Assembly (NCBI GenBank): GCA_963704725.1
Contig: OY969934.1
Location: 2,592,001-2,656,000, forward strand
Length of the DNA: 64,000 nt
Direction: 5' to 3'
From: an uncultured Actinomycetes bacterium
Lineage (GTDB): Bacteria; Actinomycetota; UBA4738; HRBIN12
Part shown: one piece after another, positions 43,282-53,465 of the stretch
Numbering within the stretch: the first letter of the stretch is position 1
How the letters are laid out: each line of letters opens with the position of its first letter
Program-made: the position numbers and the translations under genes
The notes under the pieces: model-generated
Databases searched by the model: none
Seen by the model: only the letters and a program-made list of their open reading frames with translations
Told to the model about the DNA's origin: nothing

Positions 43282-44619
43282 ATGACCCCTCCGGAGACCC
43301 GGTACGCGAAGAGCGGCGACGTGCACGTCGCCTACCAGGTCTTCGGGCAGGGCCGGCTCGACCTCGTCTTCGTCGCCGAGTTCTGGAACTCGATCGAAGC
43401 CATGTGGGAGCAGGCGGACTATCGCCGCTGCCTCGAACGCCTCAGCTCGTTCGCCCGGGTGATCTGTCTCGACCAGCGAGGGACCGGGTCCTCGGACCCC
43501 GTCTCGCTGTCGGAGCTCCCCACGCTCGAGGTGTGGGCGGACGACGTGATCGCCGTGATGGAAGCCGTGGGGTCCGAACGGGCGGCGCTGCTCGGATCGG
43601 GAGGGGGCGGCGGCGTGAGCATGCTCTTCGCGGCGACCTTCCCCGAGCGCGTGCGGGCGCTCGTCCTGGTGAACTCGACGGCCCGGTACACGCGCGCGCC
43701 CGATTACCCCGTCGGGACCTCGCCCGAGTTCGAGGCGCGCATCGAGAAGGAGCTCGAGTTCGGATGGGGCCGGGGCGTGCTGCTCGAGACGGTCGGCCCG
43801 AGCGTGGCGCACGACGCCGGGTTCCGGACGTGGTGGGGCCGGTACCAGCGCCTGGGGTCGACCCCCGGCGTCGTCCGGGCCACCCGCCACATGCTGCAGC
43901 AGCTCGACGTCCGCGACGTCCTGCCCTCGATCCGCGTCCCGACCCTGATCGTGCACCGCTCGGACAACCGGCTCGTCGACGTCCGGCACGGCCGGTACCT
44001 GGCGGAGCGCATCCCCGGAGCGCGCTACGTCGAGCTGCCGGGCGACGACTACCTGTGGTTCGTCGGCGATGCCGACGCGATCTTGGACGAGGTCGAGGAG
44101 TTCCTGACGGGCTCGCGCCGAAGCCCGGGGTCGGACCGGGTCCTCGCGACCGTGCTGTTCACCGATGTCGTGGGGTCCACGGAGCGCGCGGCCTCGCTCG
44201 GGGACGCGGCGTGGCGGGACCTCCGCGCCGCGCACGACGACATCGTGCGGGCCGAGCTCGCACGCCACCGCGGCCGGGAGATCGACACCGCCGGCGACGG
44301 CTTCCTCGCCACGTTCGACGGGCCCGCCCGCGCCGTCCGATGCGCGTGCGCGATCCGCGACGGCGTCCGGGCGATCGGCCTGGAGATCCGGGTCGGGCTC
44401 CACACGGGCGAGGTCGAGATCGTCGGCGATCGGATCGCCGGCATCGCCGTCCACATCGGCGCCCGGGTCGCGGCCGGCGCCGAGCCCGGCCAGGTGCTGG
44501 CGTCGAGTACCGTCAGGGATCTGGTGGCGGGATCGGGCATCGAGTTCGAGGACCAGGGCTCGCACGAGCTGAAGGGCGTTCCCGGGGAGTGGCGACTGTT
44601 CGCGGTGACGAGGCCGTGA
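43282..44619 (+). CDS. Alpha/beta-hydrolase-fold plus adenylate cyclase (LipJ/Rv1900c-like)
   Basis: TRYAKSGDVHVAYQV, DQRGTGSSD; LFTDVVGST, AGDG, GLHTGE, AVHIGARV. Confidence 0.9.
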   Translation: MTPPETRYAKSGDVHVAYQVFGQGRLDLVFVAEFWNSIEAMWEQADYRRCLERLSSFARVICLDQRGTGSSDPVSLSELPTLEVWADDVIAVMEAVGSERAALLGSGGGGGVSMLFAATFPERVRALVLVNSTARYTRAPDYPVGTSPEFEARIEKELEFGWGRGVLLETVGPSVAHDAGFRTWWGRYQRLGSTPGVVRATRHMLQQLDVRDVLPSIRVPTLIVHRSDNRLVDVRHGRYLAERIPGARYVELPGDDYLWFVGDADAILDEVEEFLTGSRRSPGSDRVLATVLFTDVVGSTERAASLGDAAWRDLRAAHDDIVRAELARHRGREIDTAGDGFLATFDGPARAVRCACAIRDGVRAIGLEIRVGLHTGEVEIVGDRIAGIAVHIGARVAAGAEPGQVLASSTVRDLVAGSGIEFEDQGSHELKGVPGEWRLFAVTRP

Positions 44620-45557
44620 GGGTCCTCTCGCTCGCCGGCGGGATCGGCGCGGGCAAGTTCCTCCGCGGCCTCGTCCGCGTGGTCCCGCCGGCGGACGTCA
44701 CCGTGGTCGTGAACACGGGCGACGACGTCGTGATGCACGGTCTGCACGTCTCTCCCGACCTCGACTCCGTCACCTACTGGCTCGGTGACGCGTTCGACCG
44801 GGAGCGGGGATGGGGACGGCGGGGGGAGACGTTCCGGGCCACCGAGGAGCTCCGAGCGTTCGATCCCGAGCTCGCGTGGTTCAACCTCGGGGACCTCGAC
44901 CTGGCGACGCACCTCTACCGGACCAACCGCCTCGGCTCGGGGGCGACGCTCACCGACGTCACCGCGGGGATCGCCGAGCGGTTCGGCGTGGGCGCGCGGC
45001 TGCTGCCGATGTCGGATGAGGCGGTGACCACTCGCGTCACGGTGGTGAAAGACGGGGAGGAGACCGACCTCCACTTCCAGGAGTACTGGGTGCGCCGCGG
45101 CGCACGGGACGAGGTGAAGTCCGTGCGCTACGAGGGCGCACCTCGGGCCCGGCCGGCCCCCGGCGTGCTCGAGGCGATCGCGGACGCCGACGCCATCGTG
45201 CTCTGCCCCTCCAACCCCGTCGCATCGCTCGGTCCGATCCTGTCCGTTCCCGGGATCCGGGAGGCCCTGGCCCGAAGGAGCGATCGCGCCGTCGGGATCA
45301 GCGGGATCGTCGGCGGCGCTCCGCTCGCCGGGATGGCGGACAAGCTGATGCCGGTGGCGGGCGTCGAGGTGACCGCGGCCGGCGCGGCCGAGTGCTACGA
45401 CGGCCTGCTCGCGGCGTGGGTGATCGACGAGGCCGATCGAGGGCTCGCGCCGAGGATCGAGGCGGCCGGCGTCCGCGTCGGCGTGACCGACACGATCATG
45501 ACCGACGACGCGAAGGCGGAGGCGCTGGCGCGGCTCGCGCTGCAGCTCCTGTCGTGA
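44616..45557 (+). CDS. cofD: 2-phospho-L-lactate transferase CofD/FbiA
   Basis: LAGGIGAGKFL, NTGDD, SPDLDSV, HFQEYWVR, PSNPVAS. Confidence 0.95.
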   Translation: MRVLSLAGGIGAGKFLRGLVRVVPPADVTVVVNTGDDVVMHGLHVSPDLDSVTYWLGDAFDRERGWGRRGETFRATEELRAFDPELAWFNLGDLDLATHLYRTNRLGSGATLTDVTAGIAERFGVGARLLPMSDEAVTTRVTVVKDGEETDLHFQEYWVRRGARDEVKSVRYEGAPRARPAPGVLEAIADADAIVLCPSNPVASLGPILSVPGIREALARRSDRAVGISGIVGGAPLAGMADKLMPVAGVEVTAAGAAECYDGLLAAWVIDEADRGLAPRIEAAGVRVGVTDTIMTDDAKAEALARLALQLLS

Positions 45558-46843
45558 CGATCCGCGTCCTGCCCGTCGAGGGTCTTCCGGAGGTTCGGCC
45601 CGGGGACGACCTCGCGGCGATGCTCTCGCCGGCGCTCTCGGCGCTCGGCGTGCGCGAGCGGGACGTCGTCGTGGTCACGCAGAAGGTCGTTTCGAAGGCG
45701 GAGGGTCGCATCGTGCCCGAGGAGGGCGAGGGCCGGGCCGCGTGGGTCGAGCGCGAGACGCGACGCGTGGTGGCCCGTCGGGACGACCTCGTGATCGCGG
45801 AGACCGAGCACGGCTTCGTCTGCGCGAACGCCGGCGTCGACGCCTCGAACGTCGAGGCCGGCTTCCTCACGCTCCTGCCCGCCGACCCGGACGGCTCGGC
45901 CGACCGGCTCCGCTCCGCCCTGCGGGACCGGCTCGGGGTGGACGTCGGCGTCGTGGTGACCGACACGTTCGGCCGGGCGTGGCGCCGGGGCCTCGTCAAC
46001 GTCGCGATCGGCTGCGCCGGCCTGCCCGCGCTCGTCGACCTGCGCGGGACGAAGGACCACGAGGGCCGCGAGCTCGAGGTGACGGTCGTGGCGCTCGCCG
46101 ACGAGGTGGCCGCGGCGAGCGGCCTGGTGATGGGCAAGGCCGCCCGCGTGCCGGTCGCGGTGGTGCGTGGGCTCGACGTCGCGGCGCCGCCGGTGCCGGC
46201 ACGGGAGCTGGTGCGGCCGCCGGAGGAAGACCTCTTCCGCGAGTCGCCGCTGCTGTCGATCTCGGCGCGGCGCACGATCCGATCCTTCGGCGAGGGCGGC
46301 GTCCCTCGTGCGGCCGTCGAGGAGGCGGTGCGAGCCGCCGGCACCGCACCCTCGCCCCACGGCTCCACGCCGTGGTCGTTCACGGCGGTCGTGTCATCGG
46401 CGGCGAAGCGCCGGCTCGTCGCCGCGGTGGCCGAGGCGTGGCGGGCGGACCTCGAACGCGACGAGATCCCTCCGGGCGAGATCGAGCACCGCGTGGGCAG
46501 GAGCGAGGCCCTCCTCGGCGGGGCGCCGGTGCTCGTGGTCCCGTGGGTCCGGTTCGAGGCGATGCACCGCTACCCGGACGCCGAGCGGTCGCATGCCGAG
46601 CAGGAGCTGTTCCTGCTGTCATCGGGCGCCGCGATCCAGAACCTGTTGCTGGCGTTCCACGCGCAGGGCTACGGCTCTTGCTGGACGCCCACGACGTTGT
46701 TCTGCCAGGAGGAGGCGAGGGAGGCCCTCGGCATGCCGGCGGGGTGGTTCGCGCTCGGGACGGTGGCGGTCGGCCCGATGCCGAAGGGCGTCCCGCCCCC
46801 GCGACCGCCGCTCGACCTCGGGACGTTGCTGTCGGAGCGGTGA
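45554..46843 (+). CDS. cofE: F420-0:L-glutamate ligase with C-terminal nitroreductase domain (FbiB)
   Basis: VTQKVVSKAEG, ANAGVDASN, DTFGRAWRRG; RRTIRSF..APSPH..PW. Confidence 0.93.
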   Translation: MTIRVLPVEGLPEVRPGDDLAAMLSPALSALGVRERDVVVVTQKVVSKAEGRIVPEEGEGRAAWVERETRRVVARRDDLVIAETEHGFVCANAGVDASNVEAGFLTLLPADPDGSADRLRSALRDRLGVDVGVVVTDTFGRAWRRGLVNVAIGCAGLPALVDLRGTKDHEGRELEVTVVALADEVAAASGLVMGKAARVPVAVVRGLDVAAPPVPARELVRPPEEDLFRESPLLSISARRTIRSFGEGGVPRAAVEEAVRAAGTAPSPHGSTPWSFTAVVSSAAKRRLVAAVAEAWRADLERDEIPPGEIEHRVGRSEALLGGAPVLVVPWVRFEAMHRYPDAERSHAEQELFLLSSGAAIQNLLLAFHAQGYGSCWTPTTLFCQEEAREALGMPAGWFALGTVAVGPMPKGVPPPRPPLDLGTLLSER

Positions 46844-46847
46844 CCCC

Positions 46848-47789
46848 TCACTCGCGATGGAACGACGTCGCGAGCGCAGACGGCGGATCCGCCGTGAGGA
46901 ACGGGCGAAGGGCGGGATGTCGGTCCGCCAGGTCCCGGAAGAGACGGAGGTACACGAGCACCAGCGCGAAGATCATCAGCGGGAACGGCAGCAGCGGAAG
47001 GATCTGCGACAGGCCCGGGAAGATGGGTTGCAGCTTCAAAGCGGCGATCTGGAGCCCGCCGAACAGGTAAGCCCCGAACGCCACACGGACCGGATGCCAG
47101 CCCCCGAAGATCACGATCGCGAGCGCGATCCAGCCGTAGTTCGACGTGAGCCCCTCGCGCCACCCCAGCTTGACGTCGAGCGAGAACGCCGCACCGGCCA
47201 TCCCGGCCATCGCGCCGCCGGCGATCGCGTAGAGGTACCGCAGCCTATTCACCGGGATGCCCCGCGCGAACGCGGCCTCGGGGCGCTCCCCCACGCCGCG
47301 CAGCTCGAGGCCGCGCCGGGTCTTGAAGATCAGCAGGTAGGCCCCGGCGATCGCGAGGTAGCTCCCGTACACGGACAGGTTGTGACGGAACAGCACCCGC
47401 CCCAGGAACGGGATGTCCGCGAGGAGCGGGATCCGCAGGGCGGGAACGGCCGGCCCCGGCTGACCGACGTAGGGGTCCCCGAGGAAGCTGCTGAGCTCGA
47501 TCGCGAGCAGCGTCAGCACGAACCCCACCGCGATCTGGTTGAGCCGGAGCTCGATGCTGGCGAAGGCCACGATCGCCGCGATGACCATCCCGACCGCCAT
47601 CGCCGCGAGGAAGCCGAGCACCACCTGGCCCGTGACGTAGGCGACGGCGAAGCCGGTCATCGCGGAGAGCATGATGCTGCCCTCGAGCGACAGGTTCACG
47701 ATGCCCGCCTTCTCGGCGATCGTCTCTCCGACCGCGACGTACACGAGCGGGCTGGCCGCCGCGACGATGGACGCGAGGGTCGAGCCCAC
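46848..47789 (-). CDS. Nucleoside/sugar ABC transporter permease
   Basis: EKAGIVNLSLEG, GERPEAAFARG, GWIALAIVIFG. Confidence 0.88.
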   Translation of the reverse strand: MGSTLASIVAAASPLVYVAVGETIAEKAGIVNLSLEGSIMLSAMTGFAVAYVTGQVVLGFLAAMAVGMVIAAIVAFASIELRLNQIAVGFVLTLLAIELSSFLGDPYVGQPGPAVPALRIPLLADIPFLGRVLFRHNLSVYGSYLAIAGAYLLIFKTRRGLELRGVGERPEAAFARGIPVNRLRYLYAIAGGAMAGMAGAAFSLDVKLGWREGLTSNYGWIALAIVIFGGWHPVRVAFGAYLFGGLQIAALKLQPIFPGLSQILPLLPFPLMIFALVLVYLRLFRDLADRHPALRPFLTADPPSALATSFHRE

Positions 47790-47791
47790 GG

Positions 47792-48868
47792 CTACCCGTC
47801 CTCCGTGAGCTCGGTGGCTGCGGCCGGTGCGGCGATCGCGGCGCCGGCCCGTCGCGCCCGGCGAACCTGCCATCCCCCGCCCAAGATCACGAACAGGACG
47901 AGGATCCCCTGCAGGACGCCGCCGAGGGACGAGTCGAGGTCCAGGCGGAGCGACAGCTGCGTGCTCCCGACCGCCACCGCGGCGAAGAACGCGGCGATCG
48001 GCGCGGTCCACGCGGCGCGGAATCCGGCCAGCAGGACCACCAGGATCCCCAGGAACCCGTACCCGCCCGATGCGGCGGGGACGAGCTTGTGCAAGACGCC
48101 GGCGACCTGGATCGCGCCGGCCAGCCCCGCGAGCGCCCCGCAGACGGCGAACGCACCGAGCGTGTGACGCTCGGTGCGGATCCCCATGAGGTGCGCGCTC
48201 CGCGTGCTCTTCCCCACGGCCTTCAGGCGCAGGCCGAACATCGTCGAACGCATCAGGAGGTAGACCAGCACCACGCTCGCGACCGTGAGCCCGATCGCGA
48301 TCGCGGGGATCTGGGCCTTCCCCACCGTGGGGAGCCACGCCTCGGGGCGGAACAGGTCCGTGCCGCTCGTCGAGGCGATCCCGGCCCGCTTCCACGGTCC
48401 GATGACCAGGTAGATCGCGAGCCCCGAGGCCACGAAATCCAGGCCGAGCCCCCCGAAGATCTCGTTCACGCCCCCCCGCGTCTTCAGAACGCCGGCGAGG
48501 AGCGCCCACAGCGTGCCGCCGACGACCCCCGCCACCAGGATCAGCGGGATCAGCACGGGCGCCGGACCGGGCGCCTCGCGTGCGATCCACGTGCCGGCGA
48601 CGGCGCCGGCGATGATCTGGCCCTCGACCCCGATGTTCCACAGGCCGGCCGCGTACGTGACGACGAGGCCCGCCGAGGCGAGCGCGAGCGGCACCCACGC
48701 CGCGAGGGTGTCCGAGATCTTGGCCGTGCTGCCGACTGAGCCGTCCGCGAGCAGCCGCAGCGCCTCGAACGGCGGCGCGCCCGCGAGCTGCAGGAGCACG
48801 ATCGCGACGACGAACGCCAGCGCGATGGGGACGGCCAGCCCGGCGGCGGTCCGCACCCGGGGACTCAC
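47792..48868 (-). CDS. Nucleoside/sugar ABC transporter permease
   Basis: GLWNIGVEGQ, VNEI, GYGFLGILVVLL. Confidence 0.88.
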   Translation of the reverse strand: MSPRVRTAAGLAVPIALAFVVAIVLLQLAGAPPFEALRLLADGSVGSTAKISDTLAAWVPLALASAGLVVTYAAGLWNIGVEGQIIAGAVAGTWIAREAPGPAPVLIPLILVAGVVGGTLWALLAGVLKTRGGVNEIFGGLGLDFVASGLAIYLVIGPWKRAGIASTSGTDLFRPEAWLPTVGKAQIPAIAIGLTVASVVLVYLLMRSTMFGLRLKAVGKSTRSAHLMGIRTERHTLGAFAVCGALAGLAGAIQVAGVLHKLVPAASGGYGFLGILVVLLAGFRAAWTAPIAAFFAAVAVGSTQLSLRLDLDSSLGGVLQGILVLFVILGGGWQVRRARRAGAAIAAPAAATELTEDG

Positions 48869-50334
48869 GCCACCTCCGCGCCGCCGATGAGATGGCCGAG
48901 CTCCTCGCCGGTGGTGGCGCGCCCGTCGAGGACCCTCAGCACCGCGCCGGAGAAGAAGACGAGGATCCGGTCGCTGTAGCGCAGCAGCTCGTCGAGGTCC
49001 GCGGACGCGAACACGATGGCGCTCCCCGCGTCGCGGCGCTCGAGCAACCGCGCCCACACCCAGCTCGCCGACTCGATGTCGAGCCCCCGGGTGGGGTGCT
49101 CCATGAGCAGGAGCCGAACCTCGGCCGGCATCATCGCCAGCAGGAGCCGCTGCTGGTTGCCCCCCGACAGCGCGTCGGCCGTCGAGTCCGGAGAGCCGAC
49201 GATGTGGTGATCTCCGATCCTGCCCTGCGCCGATCGGCGTGCTTCGTCCCAGTCGACGAAGAAGCCGCGATCGCCGCCGGTCAGGACGAAGTGCTCGGCG
49301 ATCGTGAGCCCCGCCACGAGGCCCTCCTCGAGTCGCCCGGCGGGCAGGAAGTGCACGCCCGCTTCGAGGAACTCCCGGTAGCCCCGCCCCGTGAGATCGC
49401 GGCCCCCCACCCGCACGCGGCCCGAGACCGGCTCGAGCAGCCCCGCGCACGCGCGAAGCAGCGTTCGTTGGCCGCTGCCCTCGAGCCCGGCCAGACCGAT
49501 CACCTCGCCCTCCCGCGCGACCAGGGACAGGTCGTGCGTGGTGATCGTGGTGCCCCTGAGCGTGGCGCCCTCGAGCTCGAGCACCGGCTCGCCGGGCGGC
49601 CGGTCGGCCGGCTGGGACTCCACGAGGACCCGCCCGAACATCAGCTCGACGAGACGATCCGTAGGGCACGGCAGCTCGGCCTCGCCGACCGAGCGCCCTC
49701 GGCGCATGACGGTCACGCGCTGGCAGAGCTCAGCGACCTCCTCGAGCTTGTGCGAGACGAAGATCACGATCATCTGCATCTCGAAGGCGAGCGTGCGCAG
49801 GATCTCGAACAGCTTGATCCGCTGGCTCGCCGAGATGCCGCTCGTGGGCTCGTCGAGCACGAGCACCTTGGCGCCCAGCCAGAGCAGGCGGACGATCTCG
49901 AGCTGCTGGCGCTCGCCCACGGTGAGGCTCCGCGCCGGCGCGTCGAAGTCGAACGCGAACCCGAACTGGTCGCACATCTCGCGCAGCGCTCGCGCCCCGG
50001 CGCGCCGGTCGATGCGCACGCCGCCGGGGCCGCCGAGCAGGAAGTTGTCGAGGACGCTGAACGGCAGGAACACGAGCGGGTCCTGGTGGAGCATGCCGAT
50101 GCCGGCGCGGATGCCCTCGCGGGGGGAGGCGAGCTCGAGGCGGACGCCGTCCAGCACGATGTCGCCGGAGTCCGCCCCGATGAATCCCGACAGGATCTTC
50201 ATCAGCGTGGACTTGCCGGCCCCGTTCTCCCCCAGCAGCCCGTGGAGCGTCCCGGCCTCGACGGTGAGGGAGACGCCGTCGTTGGCATGGACGGGCCCGA
50301 ACGACTTCCGGATCGACCGCAGCTCGAGGCTCAT
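48865..50334 (-). CDS. Nucleoside/sugar ABC transporter ATP-binding protein (two NBDs)
   Basis: GENGAGKST, LDEPT, LSGGNQQR. Confidence 0.92.
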   Translation of the reverse strand: MSLELRSIRKSFGPVHANDGVSLTVEAGTLHGLLGENGAGKSTLMKILSGFIGADSGDIVLDGVRLELASPREGIRAGIGMLHQDPLVFLPFSVLDNFLLGGPGGVRIDRRAGARALREMCDQFGFAFDFDAPARSLTVGERQQLEIVRLLWLGAKVLVLDEPTSGISASQRIKLFEILRTLAFEMQMIVIFVSHKLEEVAELCQRVTVMRRGRSVGEAELPCPTDRLVELMFGRVLVESQPADRPPGEPVLELEGATLRGTTITTHDLSLVAREGEVIGLAGLEGSGQRTLLRACAGLLEPVSGRVRVGGRDLTGRGYREFLEAGVHFLPAGRLEEGLVAGLTIAEHFVLTGGDRGFFVDWDEARRSAQGRIGDHHIVGSPDSTADALSGGNQQRLLLAMMPAEVRLLLMEHPTRGLDIESASWVWARLLERRDAGSAIVFASADLDELLRYSDRILVFFSGAVLRVLDGRATTGEELGHLIGGAEVA

Positions 50335-50421
50335 GCGCGCGGACAGCTCGCGAGCGAAGGCGTCGACGACCGAGGCGGGATGGGCACGAGGCCCGCCCCG
50401 CCCCCGCCGTTCGCCGACCGG

Positions 50422-51684
50422 TCAGTCGGCAGAGCTCGCGCCCTCCATGCCCTCCAGGAGCTGCGTCTGGTACCAGATCTGCAGGTCGGTCGCCGTCTCA
50501 CCGTCGGCCAGGAACGTCGACCCGTCCTGCCAGTTCAACGGTCCGGTGTACAGGTTGATCGACCCGTCGGCGAGGCCCGCGATGAACTGGTCGAGGGTCG
50601 CCGCGTTGTCCGACGACAGGGCCGGGCCATTCTCGAACCCGACGGCGGATGTGTCCGGGTCGTTGATATCGGCCCAGTCCGGGCCGTTCCACGCGAACCC
50701 GGCCGAGAACGAATCCCCGGCGACGGAGCCGACGACGTCGGCGTAGGCCGGTCCCCAGTTGAAGTAGGGGACCCCGAGGCAGACGTTCGGGGCCTGGTCG
50801 CACGCGCCCTTGAAGTCGTACGGGATGGCCCACACGGCCTCGCCGGCGTCGGCGCGCTGCCCCGCCCGCACGAGCGCCTCGGTCGTGTCTATGCCGCTCA
50901 CGACGACGTCGGTGCCCGAGTCGAAGAAGTCGTTCGTCACCTGGGTCGGGTCGAGCGTCACGCCCGGGATGTTGAACCAGAACCCGATCCAGTTCACCGA
51001 GAACTGGAGCGCGGCAGGGTCCTCGCCCCGGTAGTTGTCCCAGCAGTACCGCGCGCCGAGGTAGACGGAGTTCGCCAGGCGCCGCGTCTCGTCGTTGATC
51101 AGCGGCCCCAGGTAGCCGATCTGGCCGGTCTGGGTGGTCAGCGCCGCCGCGCACCCGCCGATCATCTTGCCGTACTCCATGCGGCCCATGATGTTCCCGA
51201 GGTTCGTGAGGTCCGCGTGGTAGTCCTGCCCGTCCGTCCACGCGTTGTCGCCGGAGGTCCAGATCATCGGAACGTCCGGGTGCTCCGCGGCGGCGGCCAG
51301 GATGCCGTCCTTCATGTCGTCGGACGTCGCGAAGATCAGCTGGGCACCTTGGTCGATCATGTCGGAGGCGACCTGCTCGACGCTCGTCTCCGGACGATCC
51401 GACGGATTCACCTTGTCGATCACGATCATCGTGGCGCCGAGCTTGTCCTCGACGTACTTGCCGGCGTCGTAGTTCGCCTGGGACCAGCCGTGGTCGTTCT
51501 GCGGACCGACCAGGATCATCCCGAACGTGATCGGTGCTTGGCTCGGTTCGGCGCCGGTCGCTCCACCGGGTTCGGGACTCGTCGTCCCATCGCCCCCGTC
51601 GTCGCTACAGGACGCGGCGACCAGGGCCAGGACGGCGACGAGCGCCAGGAGCAACGGCAGCCGACGGCGTGCGCTTGCATCCAT
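50422..51684 (-). CDS. BMP family ABC substrate-binding lipoprotein
   Basis: Lipobox AASC; VGPQNDHGWSQA; WIGFWF. Confidence 0.88.
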   Translation of the reverse strand: MDASARRRLPLLLALVAVLALVAASCSDDGGDGTTSPEPGGATGAEPSQAPITFGMILVGPQNDHGWSQANYDAGKYVEDKLGATMIVIDKVNPSDRPETSVEQVASDMIDQGAQLIFATSDDMKDGILAAAAEHPDVPMIWTSGDNAWTDGQDYHADLTNLGNIMGRMEYGKMIGGCAAALTTQTGQIGYLGPLINDETRRLANSVYLGARYCWDNYRGEDPAALQFSVNWIGFWFNIPGVTLDPTQVTNDFFDSGTDVVVSGIDTTEALVRAGQRADAGEAVWAIPYDFKGACDQAPNVCLGVPYFNWGPAYADVVGSVAGDSFSAGFAWNGPDWADINDPDTSAVGFENGPALSSDNAATLDQFIAGLADGSINLYTGPLNWQDGSTFLADGETATDLQIWYQTQLLEGMEGASSAD

Positions 51685-51844
51685 CAAGACTCCCCCCTTT
51701 CCCCCACCTCGAGCGAGTATCGCATCGAGGCATCCGGGGCGCTCGGTGCCCGCCCCTGCTTCGGCGGGTCCAACGGCCCGGGACATCGGCGGCCATCGAC
51801 CTCGGTATCCTGAGTGACCCCAGACCCGGCGAACGAGAGACGAC

Positions 51845-52594
51845 ATGGCGAACCGGCAGGCCGGCACCAACCGCTCGACGAAGGCCGACCGCAAGGAACA
51901 AGCTCGGCAAGAGCGCCAGGAGATCCAGCGCAGGCTGGCCCGGGCCAGGCGGAACCGGTGGATCGCGCTCGGCGTGGTCGTGGTCGTCGCCGCGGGAGCG
52001 GCGGCCTTCGCGCTGACGCGGCCGAAGGCGGCCTCCGTCGACCCCGGGGGGCTGCTCGACCAGGCGGCGGCGGCGACGCAGGCCGCCGGGTGCGCCGACG
52101 TGCGGGACGTCGGCCCGTATCAGCCGAGCGATCAGGACCAGGCGCACACGTCGGACACGGAGCCCATGCCGCCGCTATCCACGTACCCCTCCGTGCCGCC
52201 GGCGTCCGGCCCGCACAATCCGACCCCGTTCGGCGCCGGCGTCTACGGCTCGGCGCCGCCCATCGACCAGGTGGTCCACTCGCTGGAGCACGGGGCCGCG
52301 ATCGTGTGGTACGCGCCGGGAGCGGGCGGCGCCCAGCTGGACCGGATCCGCGACTTCTACGGCGGCTCCGTCGGCGCTCGCGTCATCGTCGCCCCGTACG
52401 ACTACCCGGACCAGGGCGACGCCGGCCGGCTCCCCGCCGGCACCGAGATGGCGCTCGTCTCCTGGCACCACGTCGAGACCTGCGCCCAAGTGAACCTCGC
52501 CGCCGCGTTCGACTTCACCGCGAGATACTCGTTCCCGACGTTCGAGGGGCGACGGTACCTCGGGGACGCCCCGGAGGCGGGCGCCGCGTTCTGA
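51845..52594 (+). CDS. DUF3105 domain membrane-anchored protein
   Basis: Basic N-terminus plus TM; PPASGPH, VHSLEHG, APE. Confidence 0.82.
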   Translation: MANRQAGTNRSTKADRKEQARQERQEIQRRLARARRNRWIALGVVVVVAAGAAAFALTRPKAASVDPGGLLDQAAAATQAAGCADVRDVGPYQPSDQDQAHTSDTEPMPPLSTYPSVPPASGPHNPTPFGAGVYGSAPPIDQVVHSLEHGAAIVWYAPGAGGAQLDRIRDFYGGSVGARVIVAPYDYPDQGDAGRLPAGTEMALVSWHHVETCAQVNLAAAFDFTARYSFPTFEGRRYLGDAPEAGAAF

Positions 52595-52624
52595 CGCGGG
52601 CCCGAAGCGCGGAAGGAACCGTCG

Positions 52625-53461
52625 ATGGCGAAGAAGCGACGCAGGACCGGCAACCGGACACGCCCCCACCCGAACGCCCAGGGCGCCGTCGGCACCGCAG
52701 AACGCCCGGGCGAGGAGCCCCGGGCGCGTGCGGGGACGGATGCCGAGCCGGGCTCGCGGTCGCCATCGTCCCCTCGGGGCGGCGGTCCCCGGCGCACGCG
52801 GGCCGAGAAGAAGGAGCTCGCGCGCAGGCAGCGCGACGAGATCCGCCGCCGCATCAAGCGGGTGCAGCGCGCGCGCCGGCTCGTGTGGATCACCGGCATC
52901 GCGGCGGTGCTCTCGCTGGCCAGCCTGCTGCTTCTCGACCGGAACCAGGAGCTCACGCCCCCCGGCCAGCTCCCCGGGCTGCTGAAGACGCAGGATGTCC
53001 CGTGGCCGGCGAACTCGGCGCTGGTCTTGGACCGCGCCGGCGATCGCGGGCTGCCCGGCGCCGGCTCCGCGCTGCACATCCATGCGAACGTCCAGCTCTT
53101 CGTCCACGGGACGCAGGAGGAGGTCCCCCAGGGCATCGGGATCAACGGCAACGACGACGCGTCGATCCACACGCACACGGCCGACGGCGTCGTCCACATC
53201 GAGTCCGACACGCAGCGCGATTTCACGCTCGGCGACTTCTTCGACGTGTGGGGTGTTCGCCTGAGCTCGACGTGCCTGGGCGGGTTCTGCGACCAGGGAG
53301 CCGACCACGTGCAGGTGTTCGTGGACGGCACGGAGGTCACCACCTCGATCCGCGGCGTCGTGCTCGACGACCAGTCGGTCGTCGTCGTGACGTTCGGCAC
53401 CGCGGACGAGCTGCCGAGCCCGATCCCCAGCACGTTCGACTTCGGCTCGATCACGCCGTAG
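52625..53461 (+). CDS. Membrane-anchored hypothetical protein with HxH motifs
   Basis: TM; LHIHAN, IHTHTADGVVHIES, FTLGDFFDVWG. Confidence 0.75.
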   Translation: MAKKRRRTGNRTRPHPNAQGAVGTAERPGEEPRARAGTDAEPGSRSPSSPRGGGPRRTRAEKKELARRQRDEIRRRIKRVQRARRLVWITGIAAVLSLASLLLLDRNQELTPPGQLPGLLKTQDVPWPANSALVLDRAGDRGLPGAGSALHIHANVQLFVHGTQEEVPQGIGINGNDDASIHTHTADGVVHIESDTQRDFTLGDFFDVWGVRLSSTCLGGFCDQGADHVQVFVDGTEVTTSIRGVVLDDQSVVVVTFGTADELPSPIPSTFDFGSITP

Positions 53462-53465
53462 CCCC

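Noticed and set aside
51685-51844. Purine-type riboswitch upstream of the BMP nucleoside transporter
   Set aside because: No recognisable aptamer core; the gap is a short divergent promoter region.
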